This document shows, in pieces, positions 9,100 through 20,070 of a DNA stretch of 64,000 bases. Under the pieces are notes generated by a model, which saw nothing but the letters and a program-made list of their open reading frames with translations, had not been told where the DNA came from and searched no databases. Position 1 is the stretch's first letter; each line of letters starts with the position of its first letter. A program made the translations under genes and the position numbers. Source of the DNA: Acidobacteriota bacterium (lineage in GTDB: Bacteria; Acidobacteriota; Blastocatellia; RBC074); the NCBI GenBank assembly GCA_037439425.1, contig JBBIWA010000023.1, forward strand, positions 251-64,250, written 5' to 3'.

Positions 9100-10127
9100 T
9101 TGACTCTGTTTATTGAAGACATGGTCGAAGCCCCAAAGATCACAACCAGCGAGGTCTGGAGTGAGGCCGAATGGGAGCGGCTGGAGCGACGAACGCGCCA
9201 TCTCGCCGCCGCCGCGTCGGAAGCCGCAGCCTGGGAGATCACCGTTCGGCAGGCGCGTCGCGTGCTGCGCGCCTACAGCACCAGTTTCTTCATCGTCACC
9301 CGCTTCCTACCGCGCAGCAAGCGAGACAAGGTCGAGGCCATATACGCCGCCGTTCGTTACCCGGATGAGATAGTAGACACCTTTCCGCTTGCGCCGGCGG
9401 AGCGCGCCGCGCGGCTTGACCGCTGGGCAGCGGATTACGAGACGGCGCTTGCGGCTCGCTCGATCAAAGAAGCGCTGAGCCAGAACGCGCCCTGCTTCCT
9501 GGCCAGTTTCGCTCGCGTCGTGCGCGAAGACTCCATTCCGCCGGAGCATTATCGGTCGTTTCTCGCCGCCATGCGCCAGGATGTCTGGCCGCGCCGCTTC
9601 AACACGCTCGACGATCTGATAGAATCTTACGTTTACGGCAGCGCCATTGTCGTCGGCTATTTCCTGACCTACGTTTATGGCTCGACGACCAGCGAGGATT
9701 TCGAGCGGGCGATGGCAAGCGCGCGCCACCTGGGCATTGCGCTGCAGTTGACCAACTTCTTGCGCGACGTGGGCGAAGATCAACGGCGTGGTCGTCTCTA
9801 TCTGCCGCTCGATCTGTTGCGTAGCGAGGGAATCGAAGAGCCTGACGCCACAGACCCACGGCAACAGGCCGCGTTCCGGCGCGCGTTACGCCGCATGACC
9901 GAAATCGCGGAAGAGCATTATGCCCGCGCATTGGCCGACCTGGATGCATTTGCGCCTGATTGCCGGACGGCGATTCACGCTTGCATCAACGTTTATCGCC
10001 AGCTCAATAGGCGTATCGCCAACAGCCCGCACGGAATTAGGCATCGCGAGAGCGTTCCCGCGCGGGAGAAGTTCAAAGCGCTTCCGGCCAGCAAGTACTG
10101 GCGTCTACCGCTCGCATATTTGACCAG

Positions 10128-10131
<4 letters not shown>
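9100..10131 (+). CDS. crtB: Phytoene synthase (squalene/phytoene synthase family).
   Basis: YSTSFFIVTRFLP, YAAVRYPDEIVD and LQLTNFLRDVGEDQRRGRLYLP motifs. Confidence 0.85.
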
Positions 10132-11613
<1,482 letters not shown>

Positions 11614-11624
<11 letters not shown>

Positions 11625-12348
11625 GCGCTACGGATCAGGCCCAGAGGTCTATTTCGGTCTGCACGGCTGGAGCGGTGATCATCGGACGTTTGCGCCGCTC
11701 CTCGCTTATCTCCCTGCAAGCGCGTCGCTTTATTGCGCGGACCTGCCAGGCTGTGGACGTTCGCCCGCGCCGCCGCGTTGGGAATTATCGGCCATCACGG
11801 ATGAAATCGCCGCGACCATCTCGCAAATTGAAGCGCCGGCCGTTACGTTGATCGGCAATTGCAGCGGGGCGCTGTTTGGGTTGATGGCGGTCAGACGGAT
11901 CGAAAGCAAATTCCGGCGGCTGATTCTGATTGATCCTTTCGCCTACTGGCCCTGGTATTTCAAAGTCTTCGTCGCGCCTGGCTGGGGGAGATATGCTTAT
12001 TACTCGACCTTCGCTAACCCCATCGGGCGATGGTTGACCAATCGGTCGCTTCGCCATCGGCGCGCAGCTGAAACGAGCCTGACGCAATCCTTCGCTTCGG
12101 TCAATCATGAAGTGGTTTATCGTTATCTGGTCATGCTGACCGGCATTGAAGGGATCGAGCGATTCGAGCGGTTTCGCATGCCGATTGACATCGTTTACGG
12201 AGCGCGGACCTTCGGCGCAGTCAAACGATCGGTCGCGCGCTGGCGCGCAATCTGGCCGCAGGCGCGCTGCTGGGAGCTGGCCGGCGCAGGGCATCTGCCG
12301 ATAGAAGAAGCCACCGCGCGATTGAGCGAAATCATTTTTGAGCTATGA
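11614..12348 (+). CDS. Alpha/beta hydrolase fold protein embedded in the carotenoid operon.
   Basis: HGWSGDH...GNCSGALFG (GxSxG-like nucleophile elbow). Overlaps both neighbours. Confidence 0.55.
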
Positions 12349-13289
12349 CAGATCGCCTCGCCCAATTCATCGCCGCGCACAGAGACGCGCTCGAAGCCGC
12401 GCTCGAACTTTGGCTGCCGCTCAGCGAGAGAGCTGGCGCCGAACGGCTCAACCGGGCGCTGCGTTACGCGGTCTTCACTGGCGGCAAGAGGTTGCGCCCC
12501 ATGCTGACTCTTATAGCGACGAAGCTTGTCGCTGGCGATTTGTCAAAGGCTCTGCTGGCCGCCTGCGCGATTGAGTTTTTGCACACCAGCTCGCTCATCC
12601 TGGATGATCTGCCCACGATGGATGACGCCGATTTGCGGCGTGGCCGCCCGGCGACGCATCTGGTCTTCGGCGAAAGCGTCGCGCTGCTGGCGCAAGCCGC
12701 CTCAGATGGTCAGATGGCGACAAGATTGATCGCCGAAGCCGCGCGCTGCATCGGCGCCGATGGCATGATTGGTCGACAGGCGATTGATCTCGCGCCGCGA
12801 GCGGTGAAGGTCGGGGCTGAAGCGTCGGCGAGTCGTAATCTGAAAACGACTGCGTTGATGCGATTGACGATGATCGCCGGCCCGATTGCGTCCGGCGCCG
12901 ACGAAGCCGATCTCTCCGCGCTGGCCCGCTTCGGCGAATGCCTGGGAGCGGCCTATCAGGTCTGCGACGATCTGCTCGATGAGCTGGGCGAGAGCGAATT
13001 GACCGGCAAACCAGCGCGGCAGGATGCGCGCCATCTGCGTCAGACTTATGTAGCTGAATTAGGTGTTGAAGGAGCGCGCCGTTTGGCGATAAGTCTGGCC
13101 GAAGAGAGCAAAGCGGTCATCAGCGAAAGGTTCGGACCCCGCTACGAAGCAAGATTGTTGATTGATGTGGTGAAGCTGATGATGGGCGATGAAAGCGCAG
13201 AGATGGAGCCAGGAGAAGGACGAGAGGAAAGCGCGCATTCTCCTGCCCCCATTCCTCTGCCATACCTGCTTGCCGATTCGGAGAGTTGA
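12345..13289 (+). CDS. crtE: Polyprenyl synthetase (geranylgeranyl diphosphate synthase).
   Basis: First DDxxD motif (LILDDLPTMDDADLRRGRP) and second (YQVCDDLLD). Confidence 0.8.
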   Translation: MTDRLAQFIAAHRDALEAALELWLPLSERAGAERLNRALRYAVFTGGKRLRPMLTLIATKLVAGDLSKALLAACAIEFLHTSSLILDDLPTMDDADLRRGRPATHLVFGESVALLAQAASDGQMATRLIAEAARCIGADGMIGRQAIDLAPRAVKVGAEASASRNLKTTALMRLTMIAGPIASGADEADLSALARFGECLGAAYQVCDDLLDELGESELTGKPARQDARHLRQTYVAELGVEGARRLAISLAEESKAVISERFGPRYEARLLIDVVKLMMGDESAEMEPGEGREESAHSPAPIPLPYLLADSES

Positions 13290-13304
13290 AAGTGGAGTGG
13301 AGAG

Positions 13305-14414
13305 GTGGACTTCTTTCTCATCCCCTCAATTCTGGCGGTGATGATTCTGGCTCTGGTGTGCTGGAATGTCCTGGCGTGGCCGAAGGTGCCAGCGACAGCG
13401 GCCACTCATCCACAATCGGTCTCCGTTCTGATCCCGGCGCGCAACGAAGAGTTTCATCTGCCCGCCTGCCTCGACGCCGTCCTGCGACAGGGCGAGACGG
13501 TGATGGAGGTATTGGTCTATGACGATCATTCGACCGATGGAACAGCGCAGATCGTCCGTGATTATGCGGCGCGCGATGGCCGCGTGCGCCTGATCCGAGG
13601 CGCGACGCTGGCCGAAGGGTGGTGTGGCAAGAACTTCGCCTGCGCGCAACTGGCCTGCGCGGCGCGCGGCGAATGGCTATTGTTTCTCGACGCCGACGCA
13701 CGATTGGCTGACGCGGCAGCGGCCTGCATGGTCGAAGAAGCGACGCGCTGCAATCTGACGCTGCTTTCGTGCTGGCCGCGCCTGGAGATGGTGGGCTTCT
13801 GGGAAAAGACGCTCATGCCGCTGCTCAATTTCGTCGTCTTCACACTCTATCCGGCGCCGCTCTCACTTCGGCGCAACGACGCTTCGCTCGGTCTGGCTCA
13901 CGGCGCGTGCCTGCTCGCGCATCGCGCGAGCTATGAAGCCCTTGGTGGTCACGCCGCGGTGCGCGATCAAATCTTCGAAGACACGCGCCTGGCGCAGTTG
14001 TGGCGCGCGAGCGGCAGGCGCGGCCTTTGTCTCGACGGGCAGGAGGTGGTGAGCGTGCGGATGTACGGTTCGCTGGGGGAAATCTGGCGTGGCTTTCAGA
14101 AGAATTTCTTTCTGGCCTTTCGCCACGAAGCGAGCTTCTGGGCCTTTCTGTCGCTCCACGCCGTGGTCTTCCTCTCTCCTTTCATCCTTTTTATGTGGAG
14201 CGTCAATGCGGCCATCGCCGCGGCTTGCGTTCTGGCTGCGCGCTTATTGCTCGCCTGCCGCTTTCATCATCCGTGGTGGTCGGCGTTGCTGCATCCGCTG
14301 GCCGAGGCGATCCTCATCGCCCTCGGCCTCTCCTCGTGGCGCCGTTGTAAGAGTGGCAAGGGCGTGGTCTGGAAAGGCCGCCTCTATCATTCCAGTGGAG
14401 ATGGTAGAGCATGA
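13305..14414 (+). CDS. Membrane-anchored family 2 glycosyltransferase, candidate carotenoid glycosyltransferase (CruC-like).
   Basis: GT2 core: SVLIPARNEE, VYDDHSTDGT, WCGKN, FLDAD. C-terminal TM segments. Sits in the crt operon. Confidence 0.5.
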   Translation: MDFFLIPSILAVMILALVCWNVLAWPKVPATAATHPQSVSVLIPARNEEFHLPACLDAVLRQGETVMEVLVYDDHSTDGTAQIVRDYAARDGRVRLIRGATLAEGWCGKNFACAQLACAARGEWLLFLDADARLADAAAACMVEEATRCNLTLLSCWPRLEMVGFWEKTLMPLLNFVVFTLYPAPLSLRRNDASLGLAHGACLLAHRASYEALGGHAAVRDQIFEDTRLAQLWRASGRRGLCLDGQEVVSVRMYGSLGEIWRGFQKNFFLAFRHEASFWAFLSLHAVVFLSPFILFMWSVNAAIAAACVLAARLLLACRFHHPWWSALLHPLAEAILIALGLSSWRRCKSGKGVVWKGRLYHSSGDGRA

Positions 14415-15883
14415 AGCAGAAACCTGCGGTCATCATCGGCGGAGGATTGGGCGGCCTGGCGACGGCGCTGCGGATGGCGGCGAGCGGGTGGCAAGTCACG
14501 TTCTGCGAGCAGGGCGAGAGATTCGGCGGCAAGATGAATCGCTGGAGCGAGCACGGCTACCGTTTCGATACCGGCCCGTCGCTTATCACCATGCCCTGGG
14601 TCTTTGAAGAGTTATTTCAGGCCGCAGGCAGCCGTTTGCAGGATCACGTGGAATTGATTCAACTGGATCCGCTCGCCGAATATGTTTATGCCGATGGCGC
14701 TCGCTTCACTTACACGGCCTCGCTGCCCGATTGGCTGCCGACAGTTCGCTCGCTCGATCCGCGCGACGTGGACGGCTTCTTCAAGTTCATGCGGTTGGGA
14801 GCGCGGCTGTTTGAAATCTCGCAAGAGACCTTCCTTCGTCGTCGCCCGCTCGATTGGCCGCGCGCGCGCGACCTGAAGGTGCTGCGCCAGCTTCCTTTGC
14901 GTTACGGCTGGGGCAATTACCATCGCACGGTCGCCGCGCACTTTCGCAGCCCATACCTGCGACAGCTTTATGACCGCTATCCGACCTACGTCGGCTCATC
15001 GCCTTACGCCGCGCCCGCCACGCTCGCCGTGATCCCGTATATTGAATACGCTTTCGGCGGCTGGTACGCCCGCGGCGGTCTCTACCGCATCGTGGAGAGT
15101 TTGCTGGAATTGGCCACCGCGACCGGCGTCAATCTTCTGCCGCGAACGCGAGTCGAGCGCATCGAGCGCACAGGCCGCCGGGTGACGGGCGTGCGATTGG
15201 CTGATGGCGCGCGCCTTTCAGCCAAAGTCGTGGTGATGAACGGCGACGCTTCAGACGCGCCAAAGCTGTTGGGAGAGACCGACAGCGGCGGCCTTCCGCT
15301 CACTCAACGCTCGCTCTCGGGATTGGTCTTTCTGCTCGGACTCAAGCAGACGCTGCCCGCGTTGCGGCATCACAACGTCTTTTTTTCGGCTGATTACAGA
15401 AGTGAGTTCGCCCAGTTGTTCAGCGAACGTCGCTTCCCCGATGATCCAACCGTCTACGTCAACGCGCCCAGTCGCAGCGACCGTTCGCTCGTTCCCGGCG
15501 AGGGAGAGACGTTGTTTGTTATGGCGAACGCGCCAGCTAACGATGATGATCCGTGGGATCAGGAACAGATCAATGTGGCTCGCCACCGCGTCTTTGACCG
15601 TCTCCGGCGCAGCGGGTTCCCCGCAATCGAATCGGACATAGTCGTGAGCGATGTTTGGACGCCGCGGCGAATCGCCTCCCGTTATTCGATGCCGGGTGGA
15701 GCGATTTACGGCTCGCACTCACACGGCTGGAGGCGGGCCTTCCTGCGCCCGCCGAATAGATCCGCTCGTTATGCGGGGCTATACTTCGTTGGTGGCAGCT
15801 CGCATCCGGGCGGCGGCGCGCCAACCGTGCTGCTTTCGGCTCAGATCACTTGCGAATTGATTCAAAGGTATGAATGTCGGTAA
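14411..15883 (+). CDS. Second phytoene-desaturase-family oxidoreductase (CrtD/CrtI paralog).
   Basis: IIGGGLGGLATA N-terminus, colinear with 10128..11624. 4-nt overlap with the upstream GT2. Confidence 0.7.
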   Translation: MKQKPAVIIGGGLGGLATALRMAASGWQVTFCEQGERFGGKMNRWSEHGYRFDTGPSLITMPWVFEELFQAAGSRLQDHVELIQLDPLAEYVYADGARFTYTASLPDWLPTVRSLDPRDVDGFFKFMRLGARLFEISQETFLRRRPLDWPRARDLKVLRQLPLRYGWGNYHRTVAAHFRSPYLRQLYDRYPTYVGSSPYAAPATLAVIPYIEYAFGGWYARGGLYRIVESLLELATATGVNLLPRTRVERIERTGRRVTGVRLADGARLSAKVVVMNGDASDAPKLLGETDSGGLPLTQRSLSGLVFLLGLKQTLPALRHHNVFFSADYRSEFAQLFSERRFPDDPTVYVNAPSRSDRSLVPGEGETLFVMANAPANDDDPWDQEQINVARHRVFDRLRRSGFPAIESDIVVSDVWTPRRIASRYSMPGGAIYGSHSHGWRRAFLRPPNRSARYAGLYFVGGSSHPGGGAPTVLLSAQITCELIQRYECR

Positions 15884-15920
15884 AGCGCTCCTGGCTGTTT
15901 TGGTCGGGTGTTATTAGATC

Positions 15921-16619
15921 TTGTGGGCAGGCGGCGTTGGCTCGCATCTGTTATTCGGACGCGCGCCGGTCGACTCGATATGGGCGGCGTCCGCTTTTCT
16001 GTCGCTAGCCGGGCTGATCACGTTGCTGAAGGCAGATCGCAACGAGAGACCCGCGCTGATTGCGGCCGGCGCGCTGGGATTTATCGCCGAAGCCGTGGGC
16101 GTTCATGCCAGCTTTCCGTTCGGGCGTTATGAGTACACCGGCGCTTTGCAACCTCAGATCGTTGGCGTGCCGCTGGTTATGTTCGCCGCCTGGATGGCGC
16201 TGATCGCTTACGTCAAGACGATTTTGGCGGGAGTTAAATTTTCAGCCTGGCTCGCGGCGATAATCGCCAGTTTGTGGATGACCGCGATTGATCTGGTGAT
16301 TGATCCGCTGGCGGCAGGCGAATTGAACTACTGGCGCTGGATCGACGGTGGTCGCTATTACGGCGTGCCGGCGCAAAACTTCCTCGGCTGGTTTGCAGTG
16401 AGTCTACTCATCTTCGGCATCATCAATCTGATAGACAAAAGGCCCGGGCGTCCCAATCCGTGGGCGCGCGCGATTGGTTTGAGCATTTTGTTTTTCTTCG
16501 CTCTGGTTGCGCTGGCTCACCGCCTCGATCTGGTTGCGAGCATCGGCCTGGGGCTATGCCTGGTTGATGCTGGCGCGCGTGTGATTGTCAGGAAGGCCTT
16601 CACAAAATTACGTGATTAG
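15921..16619 (+). CDS. Polytopic membrane protein, possibly a CruF-like carotenoid 1,2-hydratase.
   Basis: Six or more predicted TM helices, Trp-rich. Last gene of the crt operon. The family call rests on context only. Confidence 0.35.
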   Translation: MWAGGVGSHLLFGRAPVDSIWAASAFLSLAGLITLLKADRNERPALIAAGALGFIAEAVGVHASFPFGRYEYTGALQPQIVGVPLVMFAAWMALIAYVKTILAGVKFSAWLAAIIASLWMTAIDLVIDPLAAGELNYWRWIDGGRYYGVPAQNFLGWFAVSLLIFGIINLIDKRPGRPNPWARAIGLSILFFFALVALAHRLDLVASIGLGLCLVDAGARVIVRKAFTKLRD

Positions 16620-16847
16620 CTGCGCGTGAAATCTCTCGGCCCTGACCTGCCGCTGGTAGAGTTTGTGGTAATGGCCTTCGCGCTCCATCAGCTCAGCGTT
16701 AGTTCCCTGCTCAATCAGCCCGCTATTCTTCAAGACCAGGATCAGGCCGAAATTCTCCATCGCGGCGAAGTGGTGAGCGATGACGATTGTGGTCTTGCCA
16801 CGGAGCAAACGTTCGAGTGCGTCGTGAAGAAGCGGCCAGCTTATCAA
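16608..16847 (-). pseudogene. 79-aa C-terminal fragment of an ABC exporter ATPase.
   Basis: LRGKTTIVIAHHFAAMENFGLILVLKNSGLIEQGTNAELMEREGHYHKLYQRQ matches the ABC D-loop/H-loop and tail. The N-terminus is absent and the repeat module abuts it. Confidence 0.6.
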
Positions 16848-17020
16848 TCAGCGGTACCAGAGCCCATCATGAGCAAACAAGCTTCCTCGAATGTCGGCGA
16901 CGGTGTCAGGCTCTTGCTGTTGTCTAAGATATTCCGCCATTGGCGCGCCATCTGACTGAATAAGAGCGTCTCGGTGGCACGTTCAAGGCTTGTGTTTCGG
17001 GTTGGGCGGGAATTCCCGGG
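16845..17020 (+). repeat. Solo copy of the ~170-bp right-end module of the composite repeat element.
   Basis: caatcagcggtacc(a/g)gagccc...gcaaacaagcttcctcgaa...ggtctaagatattccgc...tctgactga... matches 36359-36525 and 60345-60509. Confidence 0.6.
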
Positions 17021-17483
17021 ATTACTTCAGGTCATTTGCTCACGCACATGGACTTTCCAGGAGAGAATGACAAAAGCGATGGAGGAACCGCTTCGCCAGT
17101 AGAGGCATCAGCTCCGGTGTCCGAGGAGCCAGCCGCAGCAGTAGACGAGCTTGCTGGCGCGGCGCCGGAAACGCCAACCACGGAGACGAGGATTGAAGAC
17201 TTGCTCAAACACCTGCGGCGGCGGCGGTTCAAGCAGGAGATCCTGCTTTCGAGCGCCGCCCCAGAGGAGACCACGGCAGCAGCTACCGACTCTCCAACCC
17301 CTACGCTGCAAGAGCCCCCAAACACACTGCGCCAGTAGCCGAGCTGGCGGAAGAATCAACCACAGGGTCAGAGCCGGCCTTAGAAGAGGTCGCGGCTCAG
17401 GCCAGCGCGCAAACGCGGCTGATACTGATAGAAACGAACAGCCGCATCACGCGACATCGGTCGCAGCTCAGGCCAGCGCGCAA

Positions 17484-18353
17484 ATGCGGCTGATACTAGA
17501 GCGGGTGGCAGCTGAAGCGGCAACCAGCACTAGCCGTGCGCTGGAACAGTTGTCGGCTGAAGCAGCCGAACGAACCCGCCTGACGCTGGAGAAGCTGGCG
17601 GCTGAAGCCTCGGTGCAGACAGGTCTGTTGCTGGAGAAGCTGGCAGCAGATGAAACGGTAGGGCAGACCGAGGCGCTGGCCGAGCTGTCAGATGAGATCC
17701 GGCGCCTGGGTCGGGAGTTGTTCAGGGTCAATCGCGCGGCGCAACACAACCAGGAACTCTTTGAGACAGCGATCGCTGAACTTCAGCAATTGACCCACCG
17801 AGTGGAGCAGGTTCCAGCACAGCTTCACAGCTCAGAGTCGATCATTGAAATGAAGTCCACCCTCTGCCGCGACTTGCTAGGTGTGGCTGATGCACTGGAG
17901 GCAAGTCTGGCTGCGGCGCAAGAAATACTGGCCCAACTCCGGCAGCAGGTAGAGCAGGTGGAGCGGTCTGCCTCAGTCGGCGAAGCGGCCCCGGCAGCGC
18001 CTCGCAGCTTCTGGCGAGAGAAATTTGAGCAGTGGGCCAGTAAGTTTATTTCTCCACCTGCGCCCGCGCCGCCGCCGATCGAACGCTTGGCTGCCGCCGT
18101 GGCTGCCATGAGTCAGTGGCATGATGGGCAGCAATTGATTTATGAACGTCTAATGACAGTCTTGCACACGGCTGGCGTTCGCAGGATCGAGTCAACCGGC
18201 CACTCATTCGATCCGGCCCGACATCGCGCTGTTGCAATCCAGCAGCGCGCGGATCTGCCTGCGGGCACCATCGTCAGTGAAGAGCGGAAAGGTTATATGC
18301 TTGGGGGAAGAATCCTGAGATATGCGGAGGTCATTGTAAGCAGACATGAGTAA
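17484..18353 (+). CDS. grpE: GrpE-like nucleotide exchange factor with an unusually long repetitive coiled-coil N-terminal region.
   Basis: C-terminus [45 protein letters not shown] is the GrpE beta-domain. ATG at 17484. Repeated LEKLAAEA heptad-like segments. Confidence 0.7.
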   Translation: MRLILERVAAEAATSTSRALEQLSAEAAERTRLTLEKLAAEASVQTGLLLEKLAADETVGQTEALAELSDEIRRLGRELFRVNRAAQHNQELFETAIAELQQLTHRVEQVPAQLHSSESIIEMKSTLCRDLLGVADALEASLAAAQEILAQLRQQVEQVERSASVGEAAPAAPRSFWREKFEQWASKFISPPAPAPPPIERLAAAVAAMSQWHDGQQLIYERLMTVLHTAGVRRIESTGHSFDPARHRAVAIQQRADLPAGTIVSEERKGYMLGGRILRYAEVIVSRHE

Positions 18354-20049
18354 GACAGTAGGCATTGACTTAGGAACCACCAATTCACTGGTCGCGATTG
18401 TGGAAAATGGCCGCCCCCGAGTGCTGGCGCGCGGTGATGAGTGACTTGTTCCTTCAGTGGTCGGCCTCTCAGACGAAGGGAAAATTATTGTCGGTCAGGC
18501 GGCGCTCAACCAATACGTGTTGGCTCCGGAGCGGACCGTGCGTTCGATCAAGCGCAAGATGGGAAGTGAAGAAAGAGTCACGCTCGGCGATCGCTCCTAT
18601 CTTCCGGAAGAGATTTCAGCCTTCATTCTGCGCTACCTGAAACAGTTGGCCGAAGAGGTGTTGGGAGAGACAGTGGCGCGCGCTGTCATCACGGTGCCTG
18701 CTTATTTCAATGATGCGCAGCGCCAGGCAACCAGTCGAGCGGGTGAGCTGGCCGGATTGGAATTCATCCGCATCATTAATGAGCCGACGGCAGCGGCACT
18801 GGCTTATGGCATTGATCGCCAGCTCAATCAATTTTTGATGGTCTACGACTTGGGCGGCGGAACTTTTGATGTCTCGATCATCGAACAGCAAGGTGACGTC
18901 CTGGAAGTGCGTGCCAGCCACGGCAACGTGCGGCTCGGTGGCGACGATTTCGATCAGCGCCTGCTGCAACACTTGCTGGCGCATCTGTCGAGCGAGCACC
19001 GCTACAATTTCGAGGAAGACTGCCAGGCGATGGCGCGGTTGATTCGAGCTTCAGAGCGAGCCAAGATCGCTTTGTCAGATGCGCCCTATGCGCGAGTGAC
19101 GGAGGAATTCCTGGCGCGCTATGACGGGCGGATTGCACATCTCACCCTGGAAATCGGGCGCGATGAGCTGGAGCGGATGATTGATGACCTGCTCAATTCG
19201 ACGCTCGAGTCCATTGATCGTGCGCTCGCAGATGCTCAGCTTAAGCCCGAACAGATCAATCGCGTGCTGTTGGTTGGCGGCTCGACGCGGATTCCTCGCG
19301 TCTGGGAGCTAATTCGTGAGCATGTAGGTATCGAGCCAGCGATGGAGGTCAATCCTGACGAAGCGGTAGCGCTAGGCGCAGCGGTGCAGGCCGCGATCAT
19401 CAGTGGTGAAGAGATCAGCGCCATGCTGATTGACGTCGCGCCCCACAGTCTGGGAATTGAGGTAGCCGAGTTCACGCTCAATGATCTGGTGCCTGGTTTC
19501 TTTCGTCCCATCATCCGCCGCAACACAACCATCCCAACCACCAAGGCCGAGCGCTTTTATACGATCACCCCTTCCCAGGACACGGTTGAAATCAAGGTCT
19601 TTCAGGGCGAAAGTCAGCTTTGCGCAGAAAACTCCCCTCTCGGCAAATTCCTGCTCACTGACATCCCGCCGTCGGATGATCCTAACAAACCGCGCGAAGT
19701 GATCGTCGAGTTCAGCTACAACCTCAACGGCATCGTTGAGGTGACGGCGCGCGACCGGCGCGGCGAGCGGCGCGAGGTGACCACTGTCAGCACGATCGCT
19801 GGCAAGCGCGTCGCTTCGGAGCCGGAACAGAAGAAACACTTTGATCCCGCACTGGAGCGTGAGGTTGCGCGAGCGCTGGAGAACGCGGTCCGGCTGGAAT
19901 TGCAACTGGCGGCCGATGGCAACTCCAAAGACGCATCTCGCCTGAGCCGGAAGCGGCACGCGCTGGAGAAGGCTCACGAGCAGGCCGATGAAAAGCGCGT
20001 GCGCAAGGCGCTGGACGAGCTGGATAACCTGATTTACGACCTTGAGTAA
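18346..20049 (+). CDS. Short (567-codon) Hsp70-family protein with an in-frame TGA at 18442-18444.
   Basis: [22 protein letters not shown]...(TGA)...[16 protein letters not shown]...[16 protein letters not shown]...[13 protein letters not shown]...[10 protein letters not shown]. Ends ...LIYDLE. Overlaps the grpE stop. Confidence 0.7.
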
Positions 20050-20070
20050 AAAGCGCCAACAGGTCAATCA

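Noticed and set aside
17036-17483. Extension of grpE to the 17151 or 17036 start codons.
   Set aside because: The 17151 N-terminal stretch (RRRKRQPRRRG...) is low-complexity and overlaps a duplicated region. 17036..17338 is in a different frame. ATG 17484 immediately precedes the first coiled-coil repeat. This remains uncertain.
18442-18444. Selenocysteine or global TGA recoding at the Hsp70 in-frame TGA.
   Set aside because: The aligned DnaK position is not Cys or Sec. All other genes in the window terminate normally, including at TGA. Pseudogenisation or a sequencing error is simpler.
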